64,000 bases of DNA from an uncultured Gemmatimonadales bacterium (GCA_963825055.1 CAWGSK010000013.1:32001-96000), one strand, 5' to 3'; positions 1 through 11,573 are shown, counted from the first letter of the stretch. Notes: generated by a model not told the origin, from the letters alone. Program-made: numbers and translations.

Positions 1-208
1 GGGACACCTCGCGCCGCTCCGAGCGTCCCACCAGCTCGAACCCGTCCAGCGTCGGCACGGCAATGGCGATAGGGTCGGCGAGGCCGCTCTCGGCGCGCAC
101 GGTGACCAGGATTTCCTCGTCGAGGTGCACGCGTTCCCGGTCCACCCGGAGTTCGACCTGGAGAGGACCCTGCCCCTGCATGAGCGCCAGCGCCAGGAGG
201 GCGATCAC
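1..208 (-). CDS. BatD-like exported protein, N-terminal part (runs off window edge)
   Basis: GTG at 208 overlaps the upstream TGA; my translation MIALLALALMQGQGPLQVELRVDRERVHLDEEILVTVRAE shows a signal peptide; position follows the batA/batB-C genes. Confidence 0.6.
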   Translation of the reverse strand, partial: MIALLALALMQGQGPLQVELRVDRERVHLDEEILVTVRAESGLADPIAIAVPTLDGFELVGRSERREVS

Positions 209-1833
209 CAGTCCTTCACTCCCGCGGTCGAGACGCGCCCCGCGCGTGCCCGCCGCGCGCGGGTCTCGCGTTCTTCCCGTTCGACCGATCCGAGGATCCG
301 CTCCGCATCCTGCTCGGAGAGGCCCGAGGGCTGTTCCTGGTCCTGCGCCGGCGGCGGCGGCCCGCCACCGCCGCCACTGCTCGGCGGGGACTGTCCACCA
401 CCACCGCCCGACTGGTCAGGCGGACGCCGCTGCCGGGCAAGCTCGAGGTTCCATTTGGCGCGCTCGGAGCCGGGCTGGAGGAGCAACGCGTCTTTCAGGC
501 TCTGCGTGGCACCCTCAAGGTGCGCGGTCGCGTTGGCCGTGTCCGTGCGCGCAAGCAGGAGGTCGATCACGCCCAGGTTGTACAGCGCGCGGTAGCGAAG
601 GTTCGGATCCAGCGAGCGCGACGCCTCGGTCAGTGCCCGGCGGGCCACATCCAGGTTTCCCGCTGCCATCGCCGCCGTCCCGGCGTTGTACCACGCCGTG
701 TCCGCCATCGACGTGCCCGCACCCTTCAGGTAGCGCGAGGCCGCCTCCGCCGGGTGCCCCGCCTCCAGCGCCCGCCGGCCGGGCGAAGGCAGCTGGGCCT
801 CGGCGCTGCCCACGACCATGAGGCCGGCCAGGATGACGAGCGAGGCGCCGCGGCGCGTGAAGGTGTGCAGGAGGAGCAGGACGGCCGCAATCAACGCGGG
901 AAGCCACGCCATCGGCTTCAGGTCGCTTGCCTGGGTCGCACGCGTCGGCGCGCGCTTGAACGCGGAGAGGAGCTGGCGCAGTGCTCCCGCCTGGTCGGGC
1001 ACGTCGGCCCCGATCACCGATCCCTCGGCGGCATCCGCGATACGTCGCAGGTCTTCCCCCTCCAGCGAGGTCACGACGGGCTGGCCGTTCTCGTCGAGCT
1101 TGTACTCCAGCAGCGTCCCCAGCGAGTCCCGGATGGGGATGCGGGTGCCCTCGGCGGTTCCTTCGCCCACCAGGATGAGGCGGACCCCGGCCTCGCCCAG
1201 CCGGGTGGCCTGTTCGAGCACGCCGGGGAGGGAGTCATGCGTCTCGCCGTCGGTGAACACGACGAGCACGCGATCCGCCGGATCGGAGGAGGCCTCCAGC
1301 AGCCCCCTGCCCTGCGCGAGCACCGCTTCCAGGCTCGTCCCGCCCTCGCTGGCGAGGTCCGGGTCGAGCGCGTCGAGGTAGAGCATGATCGCGCCGACGT
1401 CCACCGTGAGCGGCGACAGGATGTAGCTCCGCCCGGCGAACGCCAGAAGCCCGATCCGGTCGCCTTCGGTGTCCTGCACGAGCCGTCGCGCCTCACGCTT
1501 CGCCCGCTCGAGCCGGCTCGGGTCGACATCCTCCGCCAGCATCGAGCGACTGATATCCACCGCCATGACGAGGCTGAGTGCGCGCGATTCGGCGGTGACC
1601 GTAGTCCGGCCGCCGCGCGGGCCCGCCAGCGCGACGCCCGCCGCCAGCGCGGCCAGCCCCAGTGCGAACGGCGCGGTCCGACCGTAGCCGCGGGCACGCT
1701 CCGCCACGACCGGCGACCATGCGCGCGCCCGCGTTATGCGGCGCCGGCGCAGCCACCAGGCGAGCAGGCCCACGACCAGTGCCACCAGGGGCGAGAGGGC
1801 CAGGAGGAGCGGAGAATCGAAGGTGACGGGCAT
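205..1833 (-). CDS. VWA + TPR protein (BatB/BatC-like fusion)
   Basis: MIDAS DISRSM, SRLERAK, FTDGE; TM segments; TPR-like AWYNAG/ALYNLG/AKWNLELA. Confidence 0.85.
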   Translation of the reverse strand: MPVTFDSPLLLALSPLVALVVGLLAWWLRRRRITRARAWSPVVAERARGYGRTAPFALGLAALAAGVALAGPRGGRTTVTAESRALSLVMAVDISRSMLAEDVDPSRLERAKREARRLVQDTEGDRIGLLAFAGRSYILSPLTVDVGAIMLYLDALDPDLASEGGTSLEAVLAQGRGLLEASSDPADRVLVVFTDGETHDSLPGVLEQATRLGEAGVRLILVGEGTAEGTRIPIRDSLGTLLEYKLDENGQPVVTSLEGEDLRRIADAAEGSVIGADVPDQAGALRQLLSAFKRAPTRATQASDLKPMAWLPALIAAVLLLLHTFTRRGASLVILAGLMVVGSAEAQLPSPGRRALEAGHPAEAASRYLKGAGTSMADTAWYNAGTAAMAAGNLDVARRALTEASRSLDPNLRYRALYNLGVIDLLLARTDTANATAHLEGATQSLKDALLLQPGSERAKWNLELARQRRPPDQSGGGGGQSPPSSGGGGGPPPPAQDQEQPSGLSEQDAERILGSVEREERETRARRARAGRVSTAGVKDW

Positions 1834-1834
1834 G

Positions 1835-2809
1835 CTATGGCACCCGGAGTCCGGCCGTGGCGCCGATGCCCAGCTCGACCAGGAGGGCCACGAGCCCCGC
1901 CAGGACGAACGGCGGGGTCAGTTCATCGTATTTCACGTATCGCGTGACCTGGATCGGCGTCTTCTCCAGCGCGTCGATCTGGCGGAAGATGCGGCTCAGC
2001 GCCTCGCTGTCCTTGGCCCGGAAGTAGCGCCCGCCCGTCATGCCCGCGATCTCGCGGAGCAGTTCTTCATCGATCCGGACCGGCAGCACCTCGTACCGGA
2101 AGCCGCTGAGGCCGCGTCCGGTGGGGATCGGCGCCTCGCCCTCGGTCCCGACACCGATGGTGTACACCCGCACGCCGAGCGCCGCGGCCGCCTGCGCCGC
2201 CGTGCGCGGGTCAATCGTGCCCCGGTTGTTCTCGCCGTCGGTGAGCAGGAGGACCACTTTCGACTTGCCCGGCACGCGGCGCAGGCGGTTCACCGCGGTG
2301 GCGAGGCCGCTGCCGATGGCGGTCCCGTCCTCCAGCATGCCGCTCCGGAGGTCCATCACCGCCCGCTCGAGCACCGGGTAGTCCACCGTCAGCGGCACCT
2401 GCGTCAGTGCTTCGCCGGCGAACACCACCAGCCCGATCCGGTCGGCGCCCCGTCCCCGGATGAATGACACCGCGTCCATCTTGGCGACCTCCAGCCGGTT
2501 CGATGGCGCGAAGTCCTCGGCGAGCATGCTGCTGGACACGTCGATAGCGACGACGATCCCGATGCCTTCCTTCTTCTGCTCGATGCGGGCGCCACCCGTG
2601 CGGGGGCCGGCGGCGGCGATGATCAGGGCGGCAATCGCCACGCCACGGAGTACCGGCGGGACCCGCAGCACCCACGTTCCGCGCTGGGCCGGCGCCACGA
2701 GGCTCACGTCGCTGTAGCGTGCCCCCGCCGAGCGGCGGCGGTAGCGGAGCCAGGCCCAGATGACGAGACCGAGCAGGAGCAGCAGGATCAGGGGGCGGCT
2801 GAAGCTCAT
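1835..2809 (-). CDS. batA: VWA domain protein (BatA-like)
   Basis: DVSSSM, NRLEVAK, GTAIGSGL, LLTDGENN, TGGRYFRA; start set to MSFSRPL (ATGA overlap). Confidence 0.85.
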   Translation of the reverse strand: MSFSRPLILLLLLGLVIWAWLRYRRRSAGARYSDVSLVAPAQRGTWVLRVPPVLRGVAIAALIIAAAGPRTGGARIEQKKEGIGIVVAIDVSSSMLAEDFAPSNRLEVAKMDAVSFIRGRGADRIGLVVFAGEALTQVPLTVDYPVLERAVMDLRSGMLEDGTAIGSGLATAVNRLRRVPGKSKVVLLLTDGENNRGTIDPRTAAQAAAALGVRVYTIGVGTEGEAPIPTGRGLSGFRYEVLPVRIDEELLREIAGMTGGRYFRAKDSEALSRIFRQIDALEKTPIQVTRYVKYDELTPPFVLAGLVALLVELGIGATAGLRVP

Positions 2810-3612
2810 GCGCCCGCTCCCGTCAGGCGGAGCCTGAGCTGCTCGGCCTCGAGATATCGCTCGAGCCCCTGGTTCCCCGAGGCCTGCTTGAAGCGCAACC
2901 CGTCCAGGTCGGCGAGCACCCGTCCGAGGTCGTTGGCGGGCCACTCCGGGCGGTGGGTCGCGACCAGCGCCATGACTTCGTCGTTCGACCGGTCGGTGGA
3001 CGCCTCGGGGAGCAGGTCGGCGATGGCGCCGCGGAGCCGGAGGAAGCCGAGATGGGCCACGACCCTGTCTTCACCGGCATCCGACCATTCGCGTACCGTA
3101 TCGTCGTCGAGCGGATCGGGGTCGAAGGGCGGCATGACCGTCTGCGGCGGGCCGCGCCGGCGCCAGAACCACTGGAGTGGCACGACGATGACGAGCGCCA
3201 GGATCAGCATGAACACCAGCGGCATCCAGGTGGTGTAGCGCTGGGCGACCACTGCGGCCGGTGGTTGAATCGGCAGGCTGTCGGGATTCCGGTCAGGCAG
3301 CACGCTCGCGATCCGGATCGTGACGCGGCTCGGCGGGAGGGTATCCTCCACTCCCTCGGGCGACAGCAGGATCGGGCCGGGCACCGTCAGCTCGTGCGGG
3401 CCGGCCTCCCAGGCCACCACCGGATAGCGCACCACGATCGCGTCACCGCGCCGCAGGACCTGCGCGCCGCCCAGCGCGGCGACCGGCCCCTCCGGTTCCC
3501 AGGTGGCGGCGCGCACCGTCACGCCGGCCGGGGGCCGCACGGTCCGTTCGACCCAGACCGTGTCGCCGACGGTCTGCGCGGGCACCTGGAGCAGGGCGAG
3601 GAGGAGGATCAT
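2806..3612 (-). CDS. Membrane-anchored hypothetical protein of the MoxR/Bat operon
   Basis: Start MILLLALLQ overlaps the DUF58 stop; single TM WMPLVFMLILALVIVVPLQWFW. Confidence 0.65.
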   Translation of the reverse strand: MILLLALLQVPAQTVGDTVWVERTVRPPAGVTVRAATWEPEGPVAALGGAQVLRRGDAIVVRYPVVAWEAGPHELTVPGPILLSPEGVEDTLPPSRVTIRIASVLPDRNPDSLPIQPPAAVVAQRYTTWMPLVFMLILALVIVVPLQWFWRRRGPPQTVMPPFDPDPLDDDTVREWSDAGEDRVVAHLGFLRLRGAIADLLPEASTDRSNDEVMALVATHRPEWPANDLGRVLADLDGLRFKQASGNQGLERYLEAEQLRLRLTGAGA

Positions 3613-4496
3613 CGGCGCCGGAGCCGCCGGGCCCGCATGGCGAATGCCCGGTGGAGAGGGACCGCATAGTCGTGGTCGGTCGTGAGGGAGACGTGGTCGA
3701 CGCCCGCCGCGGTGAGGGCCCGGTGGCGTTCGTCCCGCCGGGCGGCGGCCAGGTGCCGTGCCTGGGCCCGCACCGCCGGGTCGCCCGTGTCGAGCAGGAC
3801 CCGCTGGTCGGTCTCGGCGTCGTCCAGCTCGATCCACCCGGCATTCGGCAGTTCTTCCTCGCGCGGATCGTCCACCGTGATCGCCACGACGTCATGCCGG
3901 GCGGTGAGCCGCCGGAGCGGACGCCCCCACCCCTCGGCATAGAAGTCCGACAGCACGACCACGATGCTCCGGTGATTGAGCAGCTCGGCCGCGTACGAGA
4001 GCCCCATGGCCAGGTTGGTGCGGCGACCCTCGGGGCGGAACGCGACCAGGTCGCGAATCACGCGGAGCGCATGGCGGCGCCCCTTCACCGGCGGGATGAC
4101 CATCTCGACTTCGTCGGCGAAGAGCAGCGCGCCCACCCGGTCGTTGTGCCGCGCCGCCGCGAGGGCGAGCACGGCGGCCACCTCCACCGCGAGCGATGCC
4201 TTGCTGACCGGCGTACCGAAGCGGGTGGACCCGGACTGGTCCACCACCAGCAGGAGCGTGAGCTCGCGCTCCTCGGTGAAGGTCTTGACGTAGGGACTTG
4301 CGAGACGCGCCGAGACGTTCCAGTCGATCGTGCGGTAGTCGTCGCCCTGCTCGTAGGCGCGGACCTCGGCGAACTCCATGCCCTGGCCGCGGAAGACCGA
4401 GCGATACTCGCCCGCGAAGAGGTTGGCGACGAGCCCGCGCGTGCGGAGCTCGATCTGCTTCACCTGTTTCAGGACGGCGGGATCGATGGCGGGCAT
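3609..4496 (-). CDS. DUF58 domain protein
   Basis: GEYRSVFRGQGMEFAEVRAY, IDWNVSAR, VDQSGS; follows MoxR. Confidence 0.9.
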   Translation of the reverse strand: MPAIDPAVLKQVKQIELRTRGLVANLFAGEYRSVFRGQGMEFAEVRAYEQGDDYRTIDWNVSARLASPYVKTFTEERELTLLLVVDQSGSTRFGTPVSKASLAVEVAAVLALAAARHNDRVGALLFADEVEMVIPPVKGRRHALRVIRDLVAFRPEGRRTNLAMGLSYAAELLNHRSIVVVLSDFYAEGWGRPLRRLTARHDVVAITVDDPREEELPNAGWIELDDAETDQRVLLDTGDPAVRAQARHLAAARRDERHRALTAAGVDHVSLTTDHDYAVPLHRAFAMRARRLRRR

Positions 4497-4516
4497 GGGT
4501 GGGGCGGCCCCGGCGC

Positions 4517-5491
<975 letters not shown>

Positions 5492-5522
5492 GCCGTGGTT
5501 GTCTCCCCCGGAACGGGTCCGG

Positions 5523-6251
5523 TCACTGGTCGGATTCCATGCGTACGGCGCGGTACAGTTGCCGCTCCTCCCCCGGCGTCAACGGGCGCCAGGCCCCGGG
5601 CTCGAGGTCACCCAGGCGGACGGGGCCATACGAGAGCCGCGCGAGTCGCTCGACCTTGAGGCCCAGTTCCTCGCACCACTTCCGCACCAGCCGGTTCCGG
5701 CCTTCGGTGAACGTGACGTCAATGAGGGTGCGGTCATTGCGCCCGGGGCTCACCTTCACCTGGACGGGCTGCACCGGCTTCCCGTCCACCATCACCCGCC
5801 CCTTCGCCAGCGGCACGACTTCGCCGGTCGCGCGGCCGTGTGCCAGCACCGAGTACCGGCGCTCGATCCGGTAGCGTGGGTGGGTCAGGCGGTGCACCGC
5901 CTCGCCGTCGGTCGTCAGGAGCAGGAGCCCGGTGGTCATGACATCCAGGCGCCCGACGTACGTCAGGCCCCGCGAGTCGGGCAGGAGGTCGAACACGGTG
6001 GGCCGACCCTGCTCGTCACTCGCCGTGGTGACCACGCCCAGCGGCTTGTGAAAGGCCAGCCACCGGCGGGGGACCAGGTGCACGGCGCGGCCGTTGACCG
6101 TGATCTTCTGGCGGTCGGGATCCACCTTCGACCCGAGTTCCGCCACCTTGCCATTCACCCGTACGCGGCCCTCGGTGATCAGTTTCTCCGCCGCGCGCCG
6201 GGAGGCGACACCCGCCCGGGCCAGGGCCCGCTGCAGGCGCATCTCGCTCAT
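5523..6251 (-). CDS. rluB: rRNA pseudouridine synthase (RluB/RsuA family)
   Basis: S4 domain RLQRALARAGVASRR; GRLD catalytic motif; EGRNR; adjacent to scpB. Confidence 0.85.
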   Translation of the reverse strand: MSEMRLQRALARAGVASRRAAEKLITEGRVRVNGKVAELGSKVDPDRQKITVNGRAVHLVPRRWLAFHKPLGVVTTASDEQGRPTVFDLLPDSRGLTYVGRLDVMTTGLLLLTTDGEAVHRLTHPRYRIERRYSVLAHGRATGEVVPLAKGRVMVDGKPVQPVQVKVSPGRNDRTLIDVTFTEGRNRLVRKWCEELGLKVERLARLSYGPVRLGDLEPGAWRPLTPGEERQLYRAVRMESDQ

Positions 6252-6844
6252 GATTCCGCGGGCACGTAGGCCGCCGCTTCATCGTCGGCCGTTTCGTCCT
6301 CGGAGACTTCCGGCACATGGGTGTGCAGTGCCACCGACAGTTCCTCGGTCCGCGGGAGCTCGGCGAGGTCTCGCAGGCCGAGCAGTTCCAGGAAGAGCGA
6401 GGTGGTGCCATAGAGGAGCGGGCGGCCGAGCGTCTCCGAGCGGCCCACGACTTCGATCAGGCCACGCTCCTGCAGCGTGCGCAGTACGCCCCCCGCGGAC
6501 ACACCGCGAATCTCCTCGATCTCCAGGCGACCCACGGGCTGGCGATACGCGATCACCGCGAGGGTCTCCATCGCGGCGCCGGTCAGCTTCGGGGTGCGCA
6601 CCGAGAATTGCGCGCGCTCGATCGCCGCGGCAAACTGGGCCCGGGTGACGACCTGGTATCCGCCGGCGAGTTCCACCAGCTCCACCGCGTGGCCGTCGAA
6701 GTCGTAATGCTCGCGGAGCTGGTCGAGCGCCAGGCGGACATCGGCCAGCGAGGCGTCACTGTCCAGCGTCTGGAGTTCCTCGACCGTCAGCGGCCGCGCC
6801 GCGGAGAAGAGGGCGGCCTCAATCAGCTGGTTCAGAGGATTCAC
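6248..6844 (-). CDS. scpB: SMC-Scp complex subunit ScpB
   Basis: IEAALF, ETLAVIAYRQP, IRGV, GRPLLYGTT. Confidence 0.95.
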   Translation of the reverse strand: MNPLNQLIEAALFSAARPLTVEELQTLDSDASLADVRLALDQLREHYDFDGHAVELVELAGGYQVVTRAQFAAAIERAQFSVRTPKLTGAAMETLAVIAYRQPVGRLEIEEIRGVSAGGVLRTLQERGLIEVVGRSETLGRPLLYGTTSLFLELLGLRDLAELPRTEELSVALHTHVPEVSEDETADDEAAAYVPAES

Positions 6845-7616
6845 GGAACACCACCATCGGTTGGAAAGCCCCCTCCTGGGTGAGCCGCAGGCGACCGCGC
6901 CGGGCCATCTCCAGGAGGGCGAGAAAAGTCGAAAGCACGTCCACCAGGGTCGGGCGCGGGCCGAGCGCCTCGCGGAACCCGAACGATTCGCGGTCGAGCA
7001 GCAGCGCCTCGAGCCGCAGGGTGGCGCCCTCGACGTCGAGCGGACGCGCCACCACGCGGTGGAGCACCGGGTCGGGGATCGCCGCGATGACGCGCTCGAC
7101 CGCCTCCATCAGCTGCATCACGTCCAGGATCAGCGGCGGTGGGGGCAGGTCCGGCGGGGGCGGCAGGTAGCCCCGGGCGTACTGGTCGGCCCGGCGCGCG
7201 GCCGAGCGCTCCATCCACTCCACGATCTCGCGGATCTGCTGGTACTCGAGCAGCCGTCGGACCAGTTCGTGCCGCGGGTCCTCCCAGCCCTCCTCACCCT
7301 CCCGCCTCGGGAGCAGCATCTGCGCCTTGAGCCGGAGGAGCCGGCCGGCCATGTCCAGGTAATCCGCCGCCTGGTTGAGCCCCAGGTCGTGGATGACGCT
7401 CAGGAACTGGTCGGCGATCCGCGCGATCGGGATATCGGCGATGTCGATCTGCTCCTCGCGGAGCAGGTGCAGCAGCAGGTCGAGCGGCCCGGAGAACGCG
7501 TCGAGTTCGACGACGAACGGCCGGCTGTCGTCGGCCCCCGCCGCCGCCTCGGGCGGGACGTGGTGGTCAGGCACGACGCCGATCGCCGTCACCGCGGATC
7601 CCGGGACGATGGCCAC
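6819..7616 (-). CDS. scpA: Segregation/condensation protein ScpA
   Basis: FSGPLDLLLHL, KAQMLLP, DPRHELVRRLLEY, FLALLEM; start uncertain (GTG at 7616 chosen). Confidence 0.9.
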   Translation of the reverse strand: MAIVPGSAVTAIGVVPDHHVPPEAAAGADDSRPFVVELDAFSGPLDLLLHLLREEQIDIADIPIARIADQFLSVIHDLGLNQAADYLDMAGRLLRLKAQMLLPRREGEEGWEDPRHELVRRLLEYQQIREIVEWMERSAARRADQYARGYLPPPPDLPPPPLILDVMQLMEAVERVIAAIPDPVLHRVVARPLDVEGATLRLEALLLDRESFGFREALGPRPTLVDVLSTFLALLEMARRGRLRLTQEGAFQPMVVFRESSEPAD

Positions 7617-7806
7617 GGCCTCCCCACCCCGGCGGCGCTGGGGACAGGGCGGATCATCATGGCGGGGCGGCTGGCCGTCACTGCCGGTCCAGGCAACGGA
7701 AGGCACATCGATTCAGGAAAACACATGGGCTGGCAGAAGTTATACGCCCCCCGGCCTTGATGTAAGAGCCCGGGGGACGGCCGCACTGTCCGTCGGTGGG
7801 GTGCCC

Positions 7807-7836
7807 TTGACGCCACCCGGGGCCCGGAGGTAGCTT
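7807..7836 (+). promoter_or_regulatory. Putative sigma70 promoter of rpsT
   Basis: TTGACG-N18-TAGCTT. Confidence 0.5.
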
Positions 7837-7893
7837 TCGCGGCTGTCAAAGTAGCACAACGACAACGGGTTCCAGCGAACAGAGGTCAGGAAC

Positions 7894-8150
7894 GTGCCCC
7901 AGATCAGGTCTTCGAAGAAGCGCATGCGGCAGGCCGAAGCGGCCCGCGAGCACAACCGGCCCAGCGGAGCCAGCTCCGCACGGCCGTCAAGAAGGTCCGT
8001 ACCGCCGCCAGCGGCGAAGAGGCCCAGCAGGCTTACGCCGAGGCGGTCTCGGTGCTTGACCGCGCGAGCCGCAAGAACCTGATCCACCGGAACGCCGCGG
8101 CCCGGACCAAGAGCCGGCTGGCGAAGCTCGTCAGCGGCAACGCCGGCTGA
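7894..8150 (+). CDS. rpsT: 30S ribosomal protein S20, with a 1-nt frameshift near 7958 (probable assembly error)
   Basis: [22 protein letters not shown] continues in another frame as [15 protein letters not shown]...[29 protein letters not shown] ends at 8150. Confidence 0.9.
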
Positions 8151-8174
8151 GTCTTGCGCCATCCCGGACATGAG

Positions 8175-8204
8175 AACGGCCCCGCCAGATGGCGGGGCCG
8201 TTTT
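8175..8204. terminator. Intrinsic terminator between convergent genes
   Basis: AACGGCCCCGCC-AGAT-GGCGGGGCCGTT followed by TT, downstream of rpsT. Confidence 0.85.
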
Positions 8205-8228
8205 GCATTCCGGACCGCTGAAAGGCGA

Positions 8229-9095
8229 CTAGAGGTCCGCCAGCTCCGCGCCACAGCGCTCGCAATACCATTCGGTCGGGCGGTTCATCGTGCCGCACTC
8301 GCCGCACTTGAGCGTGCGGGGCGACGCGGTGCTCGGGCGCGCCTGCTCCTCCACGGGGCGGGCCATGCCGCCACTCGAGCGGCGCCGCGAGGCCGTCATG
8401 CCGTCGTCCTCGGTGACCGACTTGAGGAACGCCAGCTCATCAACCTCGGCCCGCCCCTCAGTGAGCGCCGGCGGCGCCGACCATCCCTCGTCGGCCGGCT
8501 TCTCCGGTTCCGGTTCGGCCTCCTGCTCCGGCGGCGACGCTTCCCCGGACTCCGCCTCCATCACGAATTCGGCCTGCTCCTCGGCCGGTTCTTCGTTCCC
8601 GGTGTCGGCCGCGGGACCGGGCGTTTCCTCTGTCGGAGCAGCACTCTCCTCCGCGGCCCGCTTTTCGCCGACCAACTCCTGGATCGCCGTCAGCCGCTCG
8701 ATCTCGGAATTCACCGAGTCCAGCTCCTCGCCGATGGCCGAGAGATTCCGGTCGGCCTCGCCCTTCACCTCCTGCCAGCGCGAGTCGTCGTACTCGCCCA
8801 CGGAATGCCGTAGCTCAGCCTCGGCCAATACCTCTTCCGCCCGCTGCTGCCGGGTCACGAGACCCGCCCGCGTGTCCTGGTGCCGCGCCAGTTGATCGGC
8901 GACTTCCTCCGTATGCTCGCCAAGCTCCTCCACCACGGCGTCCAGGCGGGTCTGGTAATCCTGCCTGACCTTGGACCGTACCGAGTCCGGAGCCTTGTTC
9001 GATCCGTCGTCCAGCCGCGCAAGCCAGTCGAGGAACTGGTTGCGCTGCTCGATCAGTCGCTCGATGGCGTCGCCGGGTTTTGAGGACTTGGCCAT
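8229..9095 (-). CDS. Hypothetical protein: coiled coil, acidic linker, C-terminal zinc ribbon
   Basis: Start MAKSSKPG after a GAGGGAG RBS; CGECG...CERCG at the C-terminus. Confidence 0.75.
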   Translation of the reverse strand: MAKSSKPGDAIERLIEQRNQFLDWLARLDDGSNKAPDSVRSKVRQDYQTRLDAVVEELGEHTEEVADQLARHQDTRAGLVTRQQRAEEVLAEAELRHSVGEYDDSRWQEVKGEADRNLSAIGEELDSVNSEIERLTAIQELVGEKRAAEESAAPTEETPGPAADTGNEEPAEEQAEFVMEAESGEASPPEQEAEPEPEKPADEGWSAPPALTEGRAEVDELAFLKSVTEDDGMTASRRRSSGGMARPVEEQARPSTASPRTLKCGECGTMNRPTEWYCERCGAELADL

Positions 9096-9203
9096 GGATG
9101 CTCCCTCTCCACCGCCGGGGCGGCGGGGGCACAGCAGTTCGGAGGAGTGCAAGAAGTTGCTACTGCTAATGTAACACGGGAGGGCGAGGAGGCCAGCCTT
9201 GGA

Positions 9204-9259
9204 GGATCGGGGATCGGGGATCGGGGATCGGGGATCGGGGATCGGGGATCGGGGATCGC
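9204..9259. repeat. Heptamer tandem repeat (GGATCGG)x7 plus one near-copy
   Basis: Read directly from sequence. Confidence 0.95.
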
Positions 9260-9279
9260 GAAGATACTAACCGCCCAAG

Positions 9280-9304
9280 CACTAATCACTAATCACTAAT
9301 CACT
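9280..9304. repeat. Heptamer tandem repeat (CACTAAT)x3.5
   Basis: Read directly from sequence. Confidence 0.9.
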
Positions 9305-9316
9305 GCTCGTCACTCC

Positions 9317-10612
9317 CTACTCCCTACCCCCGCTCCCCTCAAAGGCCACCTCTCCCCGCACGACCGTCCACACCACCCCGCCCTGCAGCTCGCTCCCTCC
9401 GAAGGGCGTGTTCCGGCTCCGGCTGAAGTGCCTGGCGGGATCCACCGTCCACCTCGCGTCCGGATCGAAGACCACGACATCCCCGACCGAGCCGGGCGCG
9501 AGGGTGCCCCCCGGGAGATGGAAGATCTTCGCGGGAACGACACTCATGATTTCGATGAGGCGCGGGATGTCGATCAGTCCGGTCGCGACGAGATGCGTCA
9601 TGGCCAGCCCGAAAGCGGTCTCGAGCCCCGTGATTCCGTTCGGGGCGTTGTCGAACTCGCGCTCCTTCGCATCGTAGTGATGCGGCGCGTGGTCCGTGGC
9701 GATCACGTCGATGGTGCCGTCCCGGAGCGCCTCGCGGATGGCATCACGGTCCGCGGCTTCCCGCAGCGGCGGATTCATCTTCGCGTTGGTGTCGTAGTTC
9801 TCGCATCGCTCGTGCGTGAGCGAGAAGTGGTGCGGGGTGGCTTCCGCGGTGACGTTGAGCCCCTTCTCCTTCGCCCGGCGGATGAGTTCGACCGACCCGC
9901 GGGTGGACATGTGGCAGAGGTGGACGTGCCCGCCGGTCAGTTCGGCCAGGATGATGTCCCGGGCCACCATGATCTCCTCGGCAGCCGCTGGAATTCCCTT
10001 GAGCCCGAGTCGCGCGGACACCGCGCCCTCGTGCATCACGCCGCCCTCGGCGAGGCTCATCTCTTCACAGTGATCGGCCACCGGAATCCCGAAGGTACGC
10101 GCGTATTCGAGCGCGGTCCGCATCATGTGGCTGGACGACACGGGGTGCCCGTCGTCACTGACCGCGACCGCCCCTGCCCCGACCATTTCACCGAACTCGG
10201 CCAGCGTCTCACCCTTCTGTCCCAGGGTCACCGCGCCGATCGGGTAGACCCGGGCGCGGCCGGCGCGCTGCGCCTGCCGGACAATGAAGCCGACGGCGGC
10301 CTGGTTGTCGGTGACCGGATCCGTGTTGGGCATGGCACAGATGCCGGTGAAGCCCCCGGCCACGGCTGCCATGGCCCCGGTGGCCACGGTCTCGATATCC
10401 TCCTGCCCTGGCTCCCTCAGGTGCACGTGCAGGTCCACGAACCCCGGCGAGACCACGAGGCCACCGCACTCGAGCACCGTGACGCCGTCGGGCCGGCCCA
10501 GGTCTCGCCCGACGCCCTGGACCCGGCCCTCACGCAGGTAGACGTCGGTCACTTCGTCCATCCCCCGGGAGGGGTCCACCACCCGGCCACCCGTCAGGAT
10601 CAGTCCGCTCAC
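9317..10612 (-). CDS. pyrC: Dihydroorotase
   Basis: [32 protein letters not shown]. Confidence 0.95.
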   Translation of the reverse strand: MSGLILTGGRVVDPSRGMDEVTDVYLREGRVQGVGRDLGRPDGVTVLECGGLVVSPGFVDLHVHLREPGQEDIETVATGAMAAVAGGFTGICAMPNTDPVTDNQAAVGFIVRQAQRAGRARVYPIGAVTLGQKGETLAEFGEMVGAGAVAVSDDGHPVSSSHMMRTALEYARTFGIPVADHCEEMSLAEGGVMHEGAVSARLGLKGIPAAAEEIMVARDIILAELTGGHVHLCHMSTRGSVELIRRAKEKGLNVTAEATPHHFSLTHERCENYDTNAKMNPPLREAADRDAIREALRDGTIDVIATDHAPHHYDAKEREFDNAPNGITGLETAFGLAMTHLVATGLIDIPRLIEIMSVVPAKIFHLPGGTLAPGSVGDVVVFDPDARWTVDPARHFSRSRNTPFGGSELQGGVVWTVVRGEVAFEGSGGRE

Positions 10613-11571
10613 CGCTCGCCTCCATCGCCGGCCGAGGCCCAGTCCGGGGAGCCGCCCGCCAGCAGGTACAGGACCGCCATCCGCACGGCAACTCCGTTGG
10701 TCACCTGCTGCAGGATGACGCTGTGGGGGCCGTCGGCCACGTCGCTGTCAATCTCTACCCCGCGATTCATCGGGCCCGGATGGAGGATGAGCAGGTCGCG
10801 GGGGGCGCGTTCGAGCCGTTCCCGGGTCACGCCGAAGACGCGGTTGTACTCGCGCAGGCTCGGGATGAACCCGGCGGTCATCCGTTCGAGCTGGAGGCGG
10901 AGGATGTTCAGCGCATCGGCCCAGTCGATCGCGTCCTCGATGTGGGGGATCACCGTGACGCCCAGCTCCTCGACGTTCCGCGGCAGGAGGGTCGCCGGTC
11001 CGCAGACCGCGACCTCGGCGCCCAGCTTGGTCAGCCCCCAGATGTTGCTCCGCGCCACCCGGCTGTGCAGCACGTCCCCGCAGATGGCCACCTTGAGCCC
11101 CTCGATCTTCCCGAACTTGTCGCGGAGCGTGAGGATATCGAGCAGGCCCTGCGTCGGATGTTCGTGCTTTCCGTCCCCGGCGTTGACCACGTTGGAGCGG
11201 ATCCGGTCGCCCAGGAACTTCGCCGCACCGCTCGACCCGTGGCGGATCACGACCATGTCGATCCGCATCGCCTCGAGGTTCCGCGCCGTATCCACCAGCG
11301 TCTCGCCCTTGCTCACCGAGGAGCCGGTCGACGCGACGTTGACCGTGTCGGCCGAGAGGCGCTTCTCCGCGAACTCGAACGAGATGCGCGTGCGCGTGCT
11401 GGCTTCGAAGAAGAGATTGACGATGGTCTTGCCGCGGAGCGCCGGCACCTTCTTGATGGGCCGCTCGCTCACTTCCTTGAATGGCTCGGCGGTGTCCAGG
11501 ATCAGGCGGATCTGGTCGGCGGAGAGGGGTGCCAGCCCGATCAGGTCCTTGCCGAGGCTGAGGTCCGCCAT
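10609..11571 (-). CDS. pyrB: Aspartate carbamoyltransferase catalytic subunit
   Basis: [37 protein letters not shown]; start MADLSLG. Confidence 0.95.
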   Translation of the reverse strand: MADLSLGKDLIGLAPLSADQIRLILDTAEPFKEVSERPIKKVPALRGKTIVNLFFEASTRTRISFEFAEKRLSADTVNVASTGSSVSKGETLVDTARNLEAMRIDMVVIRHGSSGAAKFLGDRIRSNVVNAGDGKHEHPTQGLLDILTLRDKFGKIEGLKVAICGDVLHSRVARSNIWGLTKLGAEVAVCGPATLLPRNVEELGVTVIPHIEDAIDWADALNILRLQLERMTAGFIPSLREYNRVFGVTRERLERAPRDLLILHPGPMNRGVEIDSDVADGPHSVILQQVTNGVAVRMAVLYLLAGGSPDWASAGDGGER

Positions 11572-11573
11572 GC

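Noticed and set aside
9204..9304. Possible CRISPR array
   Set aside because: Units are 7 nt with no unique spacers, and no cas genes are present.
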